Counted from the stretch's first letter, positions 9,222 to 19,981 are shown. The stretch is DNA of 64,000 nucleotides from Candidatus Fibrimonadales bacterium (GCA_009786285.1 WQTK01000339.1:8061-72060); one strand, 5' to 3'. Made by a program: numbers and translations. The notes: a model not told the origin generated them from the letters alone.

Positions 9222-9713
9222 ATGACTAAATTTCGTTTTGTAATGCTTTTATCGCTCATGTCTATTCAATCTGCATTTGCTGCGGCAGTTGATGCTTTAC
9301 CATATACAGAGTATCTCATTGGGCCAATTGCGTTGGTTGTTTTTTCTTTTTTAGTACTTGCGCAATTTATTTTCTTTTCAGAAAAAAATAAAAAACATCG
9401 CAAAATTCTGCTTGTAATATTTTTGTTTTTACTTTTATCGATTGTCTTGATTGTAATATTTGACATCGAATTCTTTGCGGAGCTGGGAATAATTGCTGTA
9501 ATTATTAATTTTATAACAAGCATTGTTCTTATATGCACAAAAAAAATAAAGCCAATATGGCCTATTTTAGTAATAACTTTTGCCATAGTAACCTTTATAG
9601 TACTATATGATGCTTTGTGGGGACTTATTTTAGCCTTAATCGCAAACGCAATGCTTGGAGTAATGTCTATAGTTGCTTTATTAATGTCATTGTACCGCAA
9701 TAAGTCACTATAA
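9222..9713 (+). CDS. small polytopic membrane protein (signal peptide plus about 4 TM helices)
   Basis: Hydrophobicity pattern. It starts 3 nt after the upstream stop. Confidence 0.6.
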   Translation: MTKFRFVMLLSLMSIQSAFAAAVDALPYTEYLIGPIALVVFSFLVLAQFIFFSEKNKKHRKILLVIFLFLLLSIVLIVIFDIEFFAELGIIAVIINFITSIVLICTKKIKPIWPILVITFAIVTFIVLYDALWGLILALIANAMLGVMSIVALLMSLYRNKSL

Positions 9714-9811
9714 AGTTTTATTTGCGAATAACCTGGCTAGCCATAAAAGAAATTCATTTAAAATCACTTAATCCTCAATTCGCAAATTGCGAATTTTCTA
9801 TATTATCAGGC

Positions 9812-10336
9812 ATGAAAACTCCTATAATGAAACCCCAAGACATACTTGTTTTGGCGAAAATCGTAGCTATGGGTCAAAATCCTTGGATGGGACAAGATTT
9901 GGCTGCAGAGCTTTACATAAGCAAATCTGAAATTTCCGAATCGCTGAACCGGTCCAAATATGCCCGGCTTTTGGATTTTTCCAAGCAAAAAGTAAACTCA
10001 GCAGCTTTTTTTGAATTTTTAGCACATGGCATTCGCTATGTATACCCGGCTATCACCAAAGGCCGGCAAAGAGGCTTCTTGACTGCGTTTTCAGCAGCCC
10101 CGCTCAATAAAAAAATAGCCAGCAAAACTGCAATTGTATGGGCTAGCGAAAACGGAACTGCTTTGGGAGAAAGCATAGAGCCACTTTACCATACTGTAGG
10201 ACAGGCAATTCAAAAAGACAAAGCTTTTTACGAAATCATGTCTCTCATAGAGGCTATCCGCATAGGCAGAGTGCGTGAAATTGAATTGGCAAAAAATGAA
10301 CTGAAAACGAGGTTACAGAATTATGCGCTCCAATAG
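9812..10336 (+). CDS. winged-helix DNA-binding protein, putative antitoxin-like partner of the downstream nucleotidyltransferase
   Basis: The internal start is MKTPIMK. GQDLAAELYISKSEISESLNRS is HTH-like. It overlaps the next gene by 14 nt. Confidence 0.5.
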   Translation: MKTPIMKPQDILVLAKIVAMGQNPWMGQDLAAELYISKSEISESLNRSKYARLLDFSKQKVNSAAFFEFLAHGIRYVYPAITKGRQRGFLTAFSAAPLNKKIASKTAIVWASENGTALGESIEPLYHTVGQAIQKDKAFYEIMSLIEAIRIGRVREIELAKNELKTRLQNYALQ

Positions 10337-11006
10337 AGAAATGCTGTTAACCGTTGCAAATGGGTTGAGGGATTTTTTGGACAAAATTTATTTCGTTGGC
10401 GGTTCTGTCATCGAACTTTATTTGGCCGATTCGGTAAGTGATCCGGTCAGACCAACGAAAGACGTTGACTTAGTTCTTGAAATAACATCAAAGTTTGATT
10501 TTAGGGACTGGGAAAAATTATTGAGGTCCTGTGGTTTTAGGCATGATATGTCTGATAACGCTCCGATTTGCAGATGGATTTTCAATAAGGTTCTAGTGGA
10601 TACTTTGGTTCCGAATTTGCAGATGGGTTTTACAAATAAATGGTATGCGGAAGGAATAAAACATTCTTTTGATTATCAACTGAATAAGAACCTGCAAATA
10701 AAGCTGTTTGAATTGCCGTATTTTCTGGCTACAAAATTTGAGGCCGTTTTGCATCGTGGAGCATCTGATTTGCGGACGAGCCATGACTTTGAAGACATCG
10801 TATATTTATGGAGCAATGTTCCTGACATCCTTGGGCAATGCCAAAAAGCGGAAGATAATTTGCAAAATTATTTTTCAATAACTTTAAAAAACTTAATGAG
10901 CAATTGGACTTTCAATGAAGCTATAGAGGTGCATCTTCCTTTCGATAGCATTTTGAACGCAGAAAGGATAAAACGAGAGATGCGATTTTTCACCACATCG
11001 GTGTAA
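10323..11006 (+). CDS. nucleotidyltransferase-fold protein (AbiEii-like)
   Basis: FVGGSVIELY...RPTKDVDLVLEI is an NTase G[GS]-x-DxD-type motif. KFEAVLHRGASDLRTSHDFEDIVYL is also present. Confidence 0.5.
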   Translation: MRSNREMLLTVANGLRDFLDKIYFVGGSVIELYLADSVSDPVRPTKDVDLVLEITSKFDFRDWEKLLRSCGFRHDMSDNAPICRWIFNKVLVDTLVPNLQMGFTNKWYAEGIKHSFDYQLNKNLQIKLFELPYFLATKFEAVLHRGASDLRTSHDFEDIVYLWSNVPDILGQCQKAEDNLQNYFSITLKNLMSNWTFNEAIEVHLPFDSILNAERIKREMRFFTTSV

Positions 11007-11032
11007 TCTCGCCATTTTCTATATTCCCTCAT

Positions 11033-14000
11033 ATGCGTATTATACCTCATACTGACATAGATACCTTGGCAGACATGTTTATAGAAGATGTTTTTGACAG
11101 AGGAAGCTTTATGCAAAGCCCTGCTAAGGGTGGGTTTTTAACGGGAGGCAAAATGCTCGTCTGCGAATCACAGGGTTTGCAGGAGTATTTGAAGAAAACC
11201 TGTGTGGATAAGCATGGAATATGGACCGCCTTGCCATTCAAGCCCCTTGCCGGGCTTTTAATGCAATGTGCGTATAACTTATCTCCAAAAGATCAGAGAA
11301 AAGACGAGAAGGATAATTTATATAACCCAAATAACTTGGTATGGGCAATTTACAATTTATTGCCGGAAACTGAACCGAATCAGAAAACAGAAAAAACATT
11401 TTCACACGCAAGCGAAATGGCATCTCTATTTTTTGGGTATCAAATTTACAGACCAAAATTAATTAATGAATGGACAGACGGCAAAGTTTATGAAATTAAA
11501 GACGCAACAGGAAATTTTATAAAAAATGAAGAATGGCAAAGAAAGCTTTGGAGCGAATTAACCACAAAATACGGGAACGAAAATATTACGTGCCTTTACA
11601 ACTCTATTGAAAGCGCATTGAAAAATCCGGAAATTAAAAAAGATTTTTTGCCACAGCAAATTTTTATATTTGCACCGCTGGCAATGGCTCCTATCCATTT
11701 AAAAACATTAACGTTGCTAGCAGCCTCAGGTTGCAATGTCAATCTGTATGTGCATCAAATTAGCAAGGAATATATAGGAGCGCATTTAAGCGATAAGCAA
11801 ATTGCCCGTAACAGAAAAAATGCTTGGGCAAATAACAAAATTATTGCAAATGAAAATAGATTATACTGGGATTTAGGCAACAGGCTTATCGCAAACTTAG
11901 GTCGAAGCGCTCAAGTGTTTTATGAGCAGATTTTAGAATATAGCGATGCAGTTCAGGAAATTGAAATAGAAGAACTAGAGACTAGAAATCAGAAATCAGA
12001 GAAAACTTTGCTTAAACAAATACAGGAAGATATAATTAACGATAATGATGCAATTCTCAACTCTCAATTCTCAACTTTCAACTTAACATTCAACAGTTGC
12101 TTTTCTCCATTAAGGGAAATTGAAGTTTTAAGCGATTACATATTGGATTTATTCGCAAATAACAAAGAGCTAACTCCTGCCGATATTGCCATTGTTGCTC
12201 CGAATATAGATATTTATGCAAGCGCAATAGAAATGGTTTTTGAAAGATATGAAATGCCATATAAAATTGCAGATCGCAATGTGAAAAAATACGACAAAAC
12301 TTTGCAGCTTTTGAATATGCTTTTTTCGCTAATTGGCAGCAGGTACGAAGCTCCGGATGTTGTTGCTCTATTTGAATATTCAAGATTCGTGCAGAACATG
12401 GAGCTTGATTTCAACTGTAGAGAACGCTTGGAAAAATGGGTCAGGGAAAATGCAATTAGGCATGGGTTGAAAAAGTCCGGAGATATTCCTGATTATTCTT
12501 TTGAAAGCGGGTTTGACCAATTGGCAGCCGGATTTTTTATGATTTCCGAATCAGGCTTTTCCGGCGCAAAAGAATATTGTTATCCTGATATAGAAGGTAA
12601 CTCAGCTTACATTTTGGGAGATTTTGTTCTATTTGTCCGGTCTTTGGAAGAATTGGAAGAAAAAAGCAAAACGAAGCACACTCTTAAAAACTGGGACTCT
12701 TTTTTAAAAGAAAATTTACAAATATTTTTTGACAAGCGAGAAACCGGTTTTAACGAAGATAGTGACAACCCCTATCAAAAAGTCATGGATGCATGGAATT
12801 CTTTAAGAAACGAAATGAAGACAGGTTTTGGCAATGAAAGTGTGTCTATGGATTTTTCCGTATTAAAAAATGCTTTGCAGAAAAAAATGGAATCTTGTGC
12901 TAAAAAGTCGTATTCCTTAAGCGGTAAAATTTCCTTTTCAAATATTGAAACTTTAAGATCTGTTCCGAATGAGATTATTTGCTGCATTGGAATGAATAGC
13001 AAGGAGTTTCCGTCTCAAACTCCAGCCAAAGATATTAGCCTTATGGCTGCGAAACCTGAGCAGGGCGACAAAGACGAGGCAAACGAAGACCGCCTAATGT
13101 TTTTGGAAACCATTCTAAGCGCTAGAAAGTCGCTTTATATAAGCTGGGTTGGGCAAAGCGAAAAGAATGCGGATGAACTTGACCCATCCAGTGTGGTTGT
13201 TATGCTTTTGAATAATTTAAAAAATCAATACGGCATAGATAAGGAAAAAATAGTTGTAAAACATCCGTTGCAACCGTTTTCAAAAAGGTATTCGGATTAT
13301 TTGTTCACTTATGACAATAGATGGGGAGAATGCAAAACAGAACATAAGAATGTTTGGGATACTGATTTTATTAACAAAGCAGATGAAGTTAATGAAAAAA
13401 AAGATGCTGAAAAAAGAGATATTGATGCTTTATTTAGAATTTTATCCGATAGCCCAAAATATTTTCTAAAAGATGTCTGTAATATAGAATTGCCGGAGGA
13501 TATTGAGCTTTTGGATGGTGTAGAACCTTTTATTGTAGAGAGGGGATTGGATGAATGGAAATTGAAAGATATGATTTTGAAAAAGAAAGATATAGAGGTT
13601 GCGCAATTAAGAGGTGAATTGCCAAAGGGAAATTTTGCGGATAAAATTATAAAATTTAAAGAAAAGCAGGTAAAAAAGATGGAAGAACTGAAAGAGGAAG
13701 GCGTAGAAACATTTATTAAGCCTAGCAGAGATAAAGGGAAATACAGGCTATGGCATTGGTTGCAGCATTTGGAGCATAATAGAAAAGAAGAGAGCGTAAC
13801 TCATATGATTTTATTGACCGAAAACGGCAAAGAACCTATAATAAACAAACTAGAAAAAATATCAAAAGCAGATGCTGAAGCCGAGTTGAAAAGATTATGG
13901 AGTTTGGCAGATGAATTAAAAATAAAAATGCTCCCGATTTTTCCTGATGCAGCATGGAAATATTGTTCGAAAAAAGATTTAAAAGCAGCAGAAAGAGATA

Positions 14001-14170
14001 TTTTTGGCAATGGTTATGAGGAAGGAATTGCGAGATACTCTTCTTATGCGAAGAAAATTTTGGGAGATGCTAGTTCATTTGCTGATATTGCAAATATGGA
14101 GAAGAACTTTATAACATATTCTGACAGGTTATTTGAAAAATATCTGGAGGTAAACAATGCAGCCGTTTGA
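11033..14170 (+). CDS. recC: exodeoxyribonuclease V gamma subunit
   Basis: The size (1045 aa), the N-terminus (MRIIPHTDIDTLADMFIE..., like E. coli MLRVYHSNRLDVL) and the position directly upstream of recB/recD all fit RecC. Confidence 0.8.
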   Translation: MRIIPHTDIDTLADMFIEDVFDRGSFMQSPAKGGFLTGGKMLVCESQGLQEYLKKTCVDKHGIWTALPFKPLAGLLMQCAYNLSPKDQRKDEKDNLYNPNNLVWAIYNLLPETEPNQKTEKTFSHASEMASLFFGYQIYRPKLINEWTDGKVYEIKDATGNFIKNEEWQRKLWSELTTKYGNENITCLYNSIESALKNPEIKKDFLPQQIFIFAPLAMAPIHLKTLTLLAASGCNVNLYVHQISKEYIGAHLSDKQIARNRKNAWANNKIIANENRLYWDLGNRLIANLGRSAQVFYEQILEYSDAVQEIEIEELETRNQKSEKTLLKQIQEDIINDNDAILNSQFSTFNLTFNSCFSPLREIEVLSDYILDLFANNKELTPADIAIVAPNIDIYASAIEMVFERYEMPYKIADRNVKKYDKTLQLLNMLFSLIGSRYEAPDVVALFEYSRFVQNMELDFNCRERLEKWVRENAIRHGLKKSGDIPDYSFESGFDQLAAGFFMISESGFSGAKEYCYPDIEGNSAYILGDFVLFVRSLEELEEKSKTKHTLKNWDSFLKENLQIFFDKRETGFNEDSDNPYQKVMDAWNSLRNEMKTGFGNESVSMDFSVLKNALQKKMESCAKKSYSLSGKISFSNIETLRSVPNEIICCIGMNSKEFPSQTPAKDISLMAAKPEQGDKDEANEDRLMFLETILSARKSLYISWVGQSEKNADELDPSSVVVMLLNNLKNQYGIDKEKIVVKHPLQPFSKRYSDYLFTYDNRWGECKTEHKNVWDTDFINKADEVNEKKDAEKRDIDALFRILSDSPKYFLKDVCNIELPEDIELLDGVEPFIVERGLDEWKLKDMILKKKDIEVAQLRGELPKGNFADKIIKFKEKQVKKMEELKEEGVETFIKPSRDKGKYRLWHWLQHLEHNRKEESVTHMILLTENGKEPIINKLEKISKADAEAELKRLWSLADELKIKMLPIFPDAAWKYCSKKDLKAAERDIFGNGYEEGIARYSSYAKKILGDASSFADIANMEKNFITYSDRLFEKYLEVNNAAV

Positions 14171-17100
14171 AATAATGAAAGTTCCTCTGGAAAGTAAAAA
14201 AGTTCTCATTGAGGCAAGCGCAGGTACTGGTAAAACTTATACTATTGGGTTGATAGTTTTGCGCCTGCTTTTGAAAAAAGAACCATTGTCAATAGACCAA
14301 ATAGTTCTGATAACTTTCACAGAAGCTGCGACCGCAGAACTCAAAAAAAAGACTGCGGAAAAAATTAGAGAAGCTTATGATATATGGATGGGGAAGAAAA
14401 GCCCAGATGACGAAGATTTAATCACAATAATTAAAGAAGCGAATGGAGATCTGGTTAAAAAGGCTAATTTGCTGGATGCTATAGCCCGTATAGACGAAAT
14501 GCCAGTTTTTACCATTCACGGATTTTGCACAAGACTATTAAACGAATTTGCTTATGAAACAGGAAATTTTGAAGAAAAAGAAATCATCACAAATCAAACT
14601 GATATTGAAAATAGAGTTATAGCGGATTTTTGGCGCAAAGAAATAAAAATTTTATCCGCTGAAGAAATCGCAACATTGCCGGAAAAGTTTTCTCCAGACA
14701 TTTTAAAAACAGGAATAAACAAGATTTTAAATTTTCCGAACGCCATCATAGAATATAAAGATAAAAATTCGCTTGCAGAATGTTATTTCAATAATGTTGT
14801 AAAAAGATATTCCAAAGCAAAAGAAGATATAAAAAAATCTGGAATTGAACCTAAATACAATAAGAACGGCAAGATAGACAAAAGACAAGCTGACAAGAAT
14901 CCTTTATTTCAGGAATACAACAACTGCTTTGAAGAATATAGCGAGGCTTGCGGTAAAATAGTTGCAAAATTGCAGTATGAATTGGCCAATGAATTGCAGG
15001 CTGCATTGCAAAACGAGAAAGAAAAAATGAAAGTGCGGAGTTTTGGAGATTTGATAGGAGAAGCTTTTGAAGCTGTAAAGAATAACGAGGCGCTTTTCAA
15101 TGCCGTACAAAAAAAATACAAAGCCATTTTAGTTGATGAATTTCAAGATACGGATGAAATGCAATTTGAAATTTTTACAAAATTATTCAAAGATAAGCCA
15201 TTTTTCATGATAGGCGATCCTAAACAGGCAATTTACAGATTTAGAGGTGGAGATATTAATGCATATTTAAGAGCAAAAGCTGAAGTAGAATGCAAGTACC
15301 AATATACATTAAAAAAGAACTTTCGTTCTCAGGAAAAATTATTAAAAGCATTGAATGAAGTTTTTAACGTAGAAGATCCTTTTGAAATAGAAAAGAAAAT
15401 AGAATATGAAGTTGTTTCGCATGGAAAAAATTTGCCGGAATTTACTATAAATGGCAAGCCTGAAAAACCTCTTGTTATCCTTAAAGTTCCTTATAGCGAA
15501 AAAAATGAAGCCTTTAAATCTGTTAGAATTAAAATTGTCCAAGAAATAGCCCTATTGCTTTCGACCGGAATTCAAGCCAAAGATATTGCAATTCTAACAA
15601 GAACAAATAAAGAAGCAAAAGAGTACAGAAAAACGCTTAGAAACTATAAAGAGAAGTCAATTCCCGCCATTATTTGCCGTAACGATAACGTATTTGAAAG
15701 CGATGCCGCAGATTATATTATGCGTTTATTAACAGCTTTTGCGCATTCTCAAAATGAAAACCGCATGAGAGCTGCATTGATGGAAACAAAGTTAGAATCA
15801 AAAGATATAAAATCTTTTGCTTTGTCTTTTGAAAAATGGAAAAAAGAAGGGGTGATGCGAGCTATAAGCTGGTACTTTGATGAAATGAAGCTTTGGGGAA
15901 AAATGCTCCGAGAAAAAAATGGAGAAAGAAATGTAACTAATTTAAGGCAACTCATGGAAATTTTGAATGAAGAGGAAATTACAACAGGAAGGGTTCCGGA
16001 AAGAACGCTCAAACGCTTTGCCGAATTAATTCAAAATAACAAAAACAATACAGCCGAAGAACATGAAGAAAAATTGGAAACAGATGATAATGCCGTGCAA
16101 ATTATGTCCATTCATGTATCTAAAGGATTGCAATTTCCTATTGTTTTTGTTCCGGACATAATGGTTCCGGGAGAAATGCCGGGCAAATCTATTTACGAGA
16201 AAGATCCTCCTGTTTATTACGATCATGAAAAAAAACATATCCGCATAGAATATGAAATTTCAAATAGAAAACGCATAAAAGATAATGCTAAAGACAAAGA
16301 AGACAAAGAGAATGTACAGGAATCCGCAAGAAGTTTTTATGTGGCAGTTACCAGACCAATATCCAGGCTGTATATAGTAAATGCTTATGATGAATCTCCG
16401 AATGAAAATACTCTCATATCCGCAGGGCAAAAAATTTGCGCAAAATTTTCCGCAGACGATTATGTACATGACTATATACAAGTAGTGAACGATTTTACGG
16501 AAATTGAATATAATAAAGCCGAGAATTGCGCTTCGCAAGAAATGGCTGAGTTGCCATTGAAACAGCCGAAAATTCCACCCCAAAAAATAGAAACAACTTG
16601 GCAAAAAACGAGTTTCAGCGGAATTGTAAACAAGTTGCAGCATCATGATTACAATGACGAATCGCATAAAGAAAAACCGCTGGTACCTAAAGGAGCTAAA
16701 ACCGGAAATCTTTTGCATAGCATTTTTGAAAATCTGGACTTTGACGCAGATTCTAAAACTATTTCCACAAAAGTTGAAGATATGCTGAAAGGTTTCAAAG
16801 AATTTACCGAAGAAGGTAAGTCCTTAATTAAAAAATGGGTTGAATGGACTTTTAACAAAGGCTTAGGCAACGCAGGAAAATTAAAAGAAATAGACTCAAG
16901 CAAAAGAGTGGCTGAACTTGAATTTTTTATGAGTTCCAAAGCCGAAAAAATATATTTGGAGAAAATAACAAAAATAATGGATATTCCGCCAACACTTGAA
17001 GGCGAAAAAGAACTTTCGAATAAATACCTTGATGGGAAAATAGATTTAATATTTTTGGGTAAAGATGAAAAATATTATATTTTAGACTGGAAATCAAACT

Positions 17101-17390
17101 ATTTGAGCAACTATTTGGAACCTACTATAGACAAAGAAGCAATGCTGCCTCATGGTTACCATCTGCAATATTATATTTACGCAGTTGCGTTAAAGAGATG
17201 GCTGAATAAAATACATGGCGAAGGTTATTTCGAAAAAAACTTTGGTGGAGTGTATTATATTTTTGTTAGAGGCATTCAAGAAGATGAGAAAAATAATGAT
17301 GGAATTTATTTTAAGCCAAAGGAGAAAATTATGAGTATCATAGATAAGTTGGATGAAATTTTAACGGAGAAAGAAAATGGAAAACCTTAG
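14157..17390 (+). CDS. recB: exodeoxyribonuclease V beta subunit (SF1 helicase plus PD-(D/E)xK nuclease)
   Basis: IEASAGTGKTYTI, VDEFQDTD, and the C-terminal nuclease motif GKIDLIF...YYILDWKSNYL. Confidence 0.9.
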   Translation: MQPFEIMKVPLESKKVLIEASAGTGKTYTIGLIVLRLLLKKEPLSIDQIVLITFTEAATAELKKKTAEKIREAYDIWMGKKSPDDEDLITIIKEANGDLVKKANLLDAIARIDEMPVFTIHGFCTRLLNEFAYETGNFEEKEIITNQTDIENRVIADFWRKEIKILSAEEIATLPEKFSPDILKTGINKILNFPNAIIEYKDKNSLAECYFNNVVKRYSKAKEDIKKSGIEPKYNKNGKIDKRQADKNPLFQEYNNCFEEYSEACGKIVAKLQYELANELQAALQNEKEKMKVRSFGDLIGEAFEAVKNNEALFNAVQKKYKAILVDEFQDTDEMQFEIFTKLFKDKPFFMIGDPKQAIYRFRGGDINAYLRAKAEVECKYQYTLKKNFRSQEKLLKALNEVFNVEDPFEIEKKIEYEVVSHGKNLPEFTINGKPEKPLVILKVPYSEKNEAFKSVRIKIVQEIALLLSTGIQAKDIAILTRTNKEAKEYRKTLRNYKEKSIPAIICRNDNVFESDAADYIMRLLTAFAHSQNENRMRAALMETKLESKDIKSFALSFEKWKKEGVMRAISWYFDEMKLWGKMLREKNGERNVTNLRQLMEILNEEEITTGRVPERTLKRFAELIQNNKNNTAEEHEEKLETDDNAVQIMSIHVSKGLQFPIVFVPDIMVPGEMPGKSIYEKDPPVYYDHEKKHIRIEYEISNRKRIKDNAKDKEDKENVQESARSFYVAVTRPISRLYIVNAYDESPNENTLISAGQKICAKFSADDYVHDYIQVVNDFTEIEYNKAENCASQEMAELPLKQPKIPPQKIETTWQKTSFSGIVNKLQHHDYNDESHKEKPLVPKGAKTGNLLHSIFENLDFDADSKTISTKVEDMLKGFKEFTEEGKSLIKKWVEWTFNKGLGNAGKLKEIDSSKRVAELEFFMSSKAEKIYLEKITKIMDIPPTLEGEKELSNKYLDGKIDLIFLGKDEKYYILDWKSNYLSNYLEPTIDKEAMLPHGYHLQYYIYAVALKRWLNKIHGEGYFEKNFGGVYYIFVRGIQEDEKNNDGIYFKPKEKIMSIIDKLDEILTEKENGKP

Positions 17391-18774
17391 AATAGTTTTG
17401 GTTGAATATTTGAAAACCAAATACAATGTTTCAGATGTTGTAATGCAGTGCGCAGATGAAGTTTTGAAACAACTTGAAAGAGGCAGTGTTTGCATTGAAA
17501 TTAGCGATGCAGAAAAAAGAGATGCATTGAAAAAATCATCTGCTGTAGGAATAGGAGACGAAGCTAATCCTCTTCCTTTGGTTTTTGAAAATGGTAATTT
17601 ATACATTCAAAGATATTTTGAATATCAAAAAATAATATTGAATAGACTTGAAAAATTATTAAAAAATAAAAAACTCCACATAATAACAGGAGGCCCCGGA
17701 ACTGGGAAAACAACAAATTTGGCTAATATTTTAAGAGATAGATTGAGCGAAAAAATTCTCTTGGCTGCTCCAACAGGAAAGGCGGCTAAAAGAATGGAAG
17801 AAAGCCTTTGCAGCCAGAAAATCAACCTGGAATCAAAAACCATTCATCGCTTGCTGGGCTATAAACATTTATCAGCGAGTTTTAAGCATACTGAAAAAGA
17901 ACCACTCAATGCGAATATAATAGCAATAGATGAATGCTCAATGGTAGATTTGCCCATGATGGCTAAATTGCTCTCTGCTGTTCCTAAGACTTGCGATTTA
18001 TATTTGCTGGGAGATAAAAATCAATTGGCTTCTGTTGAAGTAGGTTCTGTTTTTGCGGATATTTGTGAAAAATACAAAGAGTATCAAAATGATGAAACTG
18101 TTTACACAGAGCTCAAAAAAAATCACAGGGCAAAAGAGGCTCCAGGCATTGTAGCTTTGAGCAAGGATATTTTAGAAGGAACGATAAAAGATTTTAACTA
18201 TGAAAATATTCATTATTCTGAAACCTACGAATTTTTCAGTTGGTACGAAAACCTGTTTAATGCGAAAAGCTATGAAGAAGCATTGGAATTTTTAAAAACT
18301 TTTCAGATTTTGTGTGCGACAAAAGCAGGCAAACACGGAACTAGACACATTAACTATAAATTATGCGAGCAGGCGAAAAAGAAACGTGCGAAATTCACTC
18401 CGATAATAATTACTGAGAATAGTTACCAATTAGATCTTTTTAACGGAGATGTTGGAGTTAAAGATGATGAATTTGCATATTTTTCAAAAGAGAAAATTAA
18501 ACCCGTTTTAACTTTGCCAGAACATGAAGCGGCTTTTGCAATAACTATCCACAAATCTCAGGGTTCGGAATATGAAAGAGTAGCAGTAGTGTACCCAGAC
18601 AGAAAAATTGAGAAGACAGAAGAAAATAAAGAAGATGAAAAAATATTTTTAACCAAAGAATTGCTATATACAGCTATAACCAGAGCAAAAAAAGAATGTT
18701 TTATATTCGGTTCAAAAGAAGTGCTTTTAGATTCATGTAAATATCCAATTACCAGAGCATCGGGGATTAAATAA
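17377..18774 (+). CDS. recD: exodeoxyribonuclease V alpha subunit
   Basis: GGPGTGKTT, APTGKAAKRM, TIHRLL, IDECSMVD, GDKNQLASV and TIHKSQGSEY. Confidence 0.9.
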   Translation: MENLRIVLVEYLKTKYNVSDVVMQCADEVLKQLERGSVCIEISDAEKRDALKKSSAVGIGDEANPLPLVFENGNLYIQRYFEYQKIILNRLEKLLKNKKLHIITGGPGTGKTTNLANILRDRLSEKILLAAPTGKAAKRMEESLCSQKINLESKTIHRLLGYKHLSASFKHTEKEPLNANIIAIDECSMVDLPMMAKLLSAVPKTCDLYLLGDKNQLASVEVGSVFADICEKYKEYQNDETVYTELKKNHRAKEAPGIVALSKDILEGTIKDFNYENIHYSETYEFFSWYENLFNAKSYEEALEFLKTFQILCATKAGKHGTRHINYKLCEQAKKKRAKFTPIIITENSYQLDLFNGDVGVKDDEFAYFSKEKIKPVLTLPEHEAAFAITIHKSQGSEYERVAVVYPDRKIEKTEENKEDEKIFLTKELLYTAITRAKKECFIFGSKEVLLDSCKYPITRASGIK

Positions 18775-18775
18775 A

Positions 18776-19981
18776 ATGAAATTTTTGCATTGCAGTGATT
18801 TGCATTTAGGAAAAAAGCCGTATTTCGGTTCGGAAGAGTTCAAAGCAAAACGCTTTGAAGATTATTTCAGCGCATTTGATCGCATTATAGAACAGGCAAA
18901 GGAAAATGAGATAGAAGCAATTCTTGTCGCCGGTGATTTTTTTGATAAAAAAGAAACGCATCCGGACATTCTTGGTAAAACAGAAGATCTTTTGCAAAAA
19001 TGCAAAGATAATAAAATTAAAGTCGTTGTTATTGAAGGAAACCATGATTTGATATATAAAAACAAAGAACTTGAGAGCTGGATTATCTATTTGGAACGCA
19101 AAGACTTGTTGCAAAGACCTTTTATAAAATTTTCAGAAAATAACGAAAAGACATACCATTCTGTTTTTATAGATGAAACTGAAATTTTCGGGCTTGGATA
19201 CCCGGGTGCGTTGGTTGACGATGAATTGCGGGAATTTGCCGATTATTGCGAAAAAGAAAATAAGCGAAATTGCGTTGTGCTTGTTCATACTGCGCTGTGC
19301 GGCGGTGAATTTCTCGGAGGATTTTTAAAAGATGAATCTGCGCTAAACAATTTGAAAGATTATGCGATTTATATCGGCGGCGGGCACGGACACAAGCTGC
19401 GAAAATATCCAAAGGAAAATCCGTTTTTCTTTGTGCCGGGTTCTCCAGAATATTATGATTTGGGCGAAGATACAAAGTTAAAAACAGCAATTATCTTTGA
19501 TACCAATTCAAAAGAACATAAAATTTTAGAGCAAAGCCCAAGAAACTGCATAAAAGAATCCTTAACCTTGGATTCTGCAAACCCGGAGCAGTTCAGAGAA
19601 GAGTTTGATAAATTTTTATCTTTGCTTGAAATTTCTTCAGAAGATATTGTTCTTGTGGAAATCAGATTTATTTCCTGCGATTTTATTCCGGATACCAAAT
19701 GGGCAGAAGATGCTATTTTGAAAAAAGGCGCATTGTATGCCAAAGTAAATTGGGATAGAGAATATTCCCGTGCCTATTCTGGACAGCCTAAAAGAAATTC
19801 TGTAGAAGAAATAGAACTTGAACAGATAAAAAAATGGGAAGATTGGGGAAATTTCGCAGAAATAGGAGTGCAAGCGCTTAGCGAAATGAAAAAATCCATA
19901 AAAGACGAACAACTTGATATAAGTTCAATTTTTGATTCTGCGTTAAATTCTATTATAGAGGGCAAAAATGAAAATAAATAA
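18776..19981 (+). CDS. sbcD: SbcD/Mre11-family nuclease
   Basis: The calcineurin-like phosphoesterase motifs HCSDLHLG, AGDFFD and IEGNHD. Confidence 0.85.
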   Translation: MKFLHCSDLHLGKKPYFGSEEFKAKRFEDYFSAFDRIIEQAKENEIEAILVAGDFFDKKETHPDILGKTEDLLQKCKDNKIKVVVIEGNHDLIYKNKELESWIIYLERKDLLQRPFIKFSENNEKTYHSVFIDETEIFGLGYPGALVDDELREFADYCEKENKRNCVVLVHTALCGGEFLGGFLKDESALNNLKDYAIYIGGGHGHKLRKYPKENPFFFVPGSPEYYDLGEDTKLKTAIIFDTNSKEHKILEQSPRNCIKESLTLDSANPEQFREEFDKFLSLLEISSEDIVLVEIRFISCDFIPDTKWAEDAILKKGALYAKVNWDREYSRAYSGQPKRNSVEEIELEQIKKWEDWGNFAEIGVQALSEMKKSIKDEQLDISSIFDSALNSIIEGKNENK

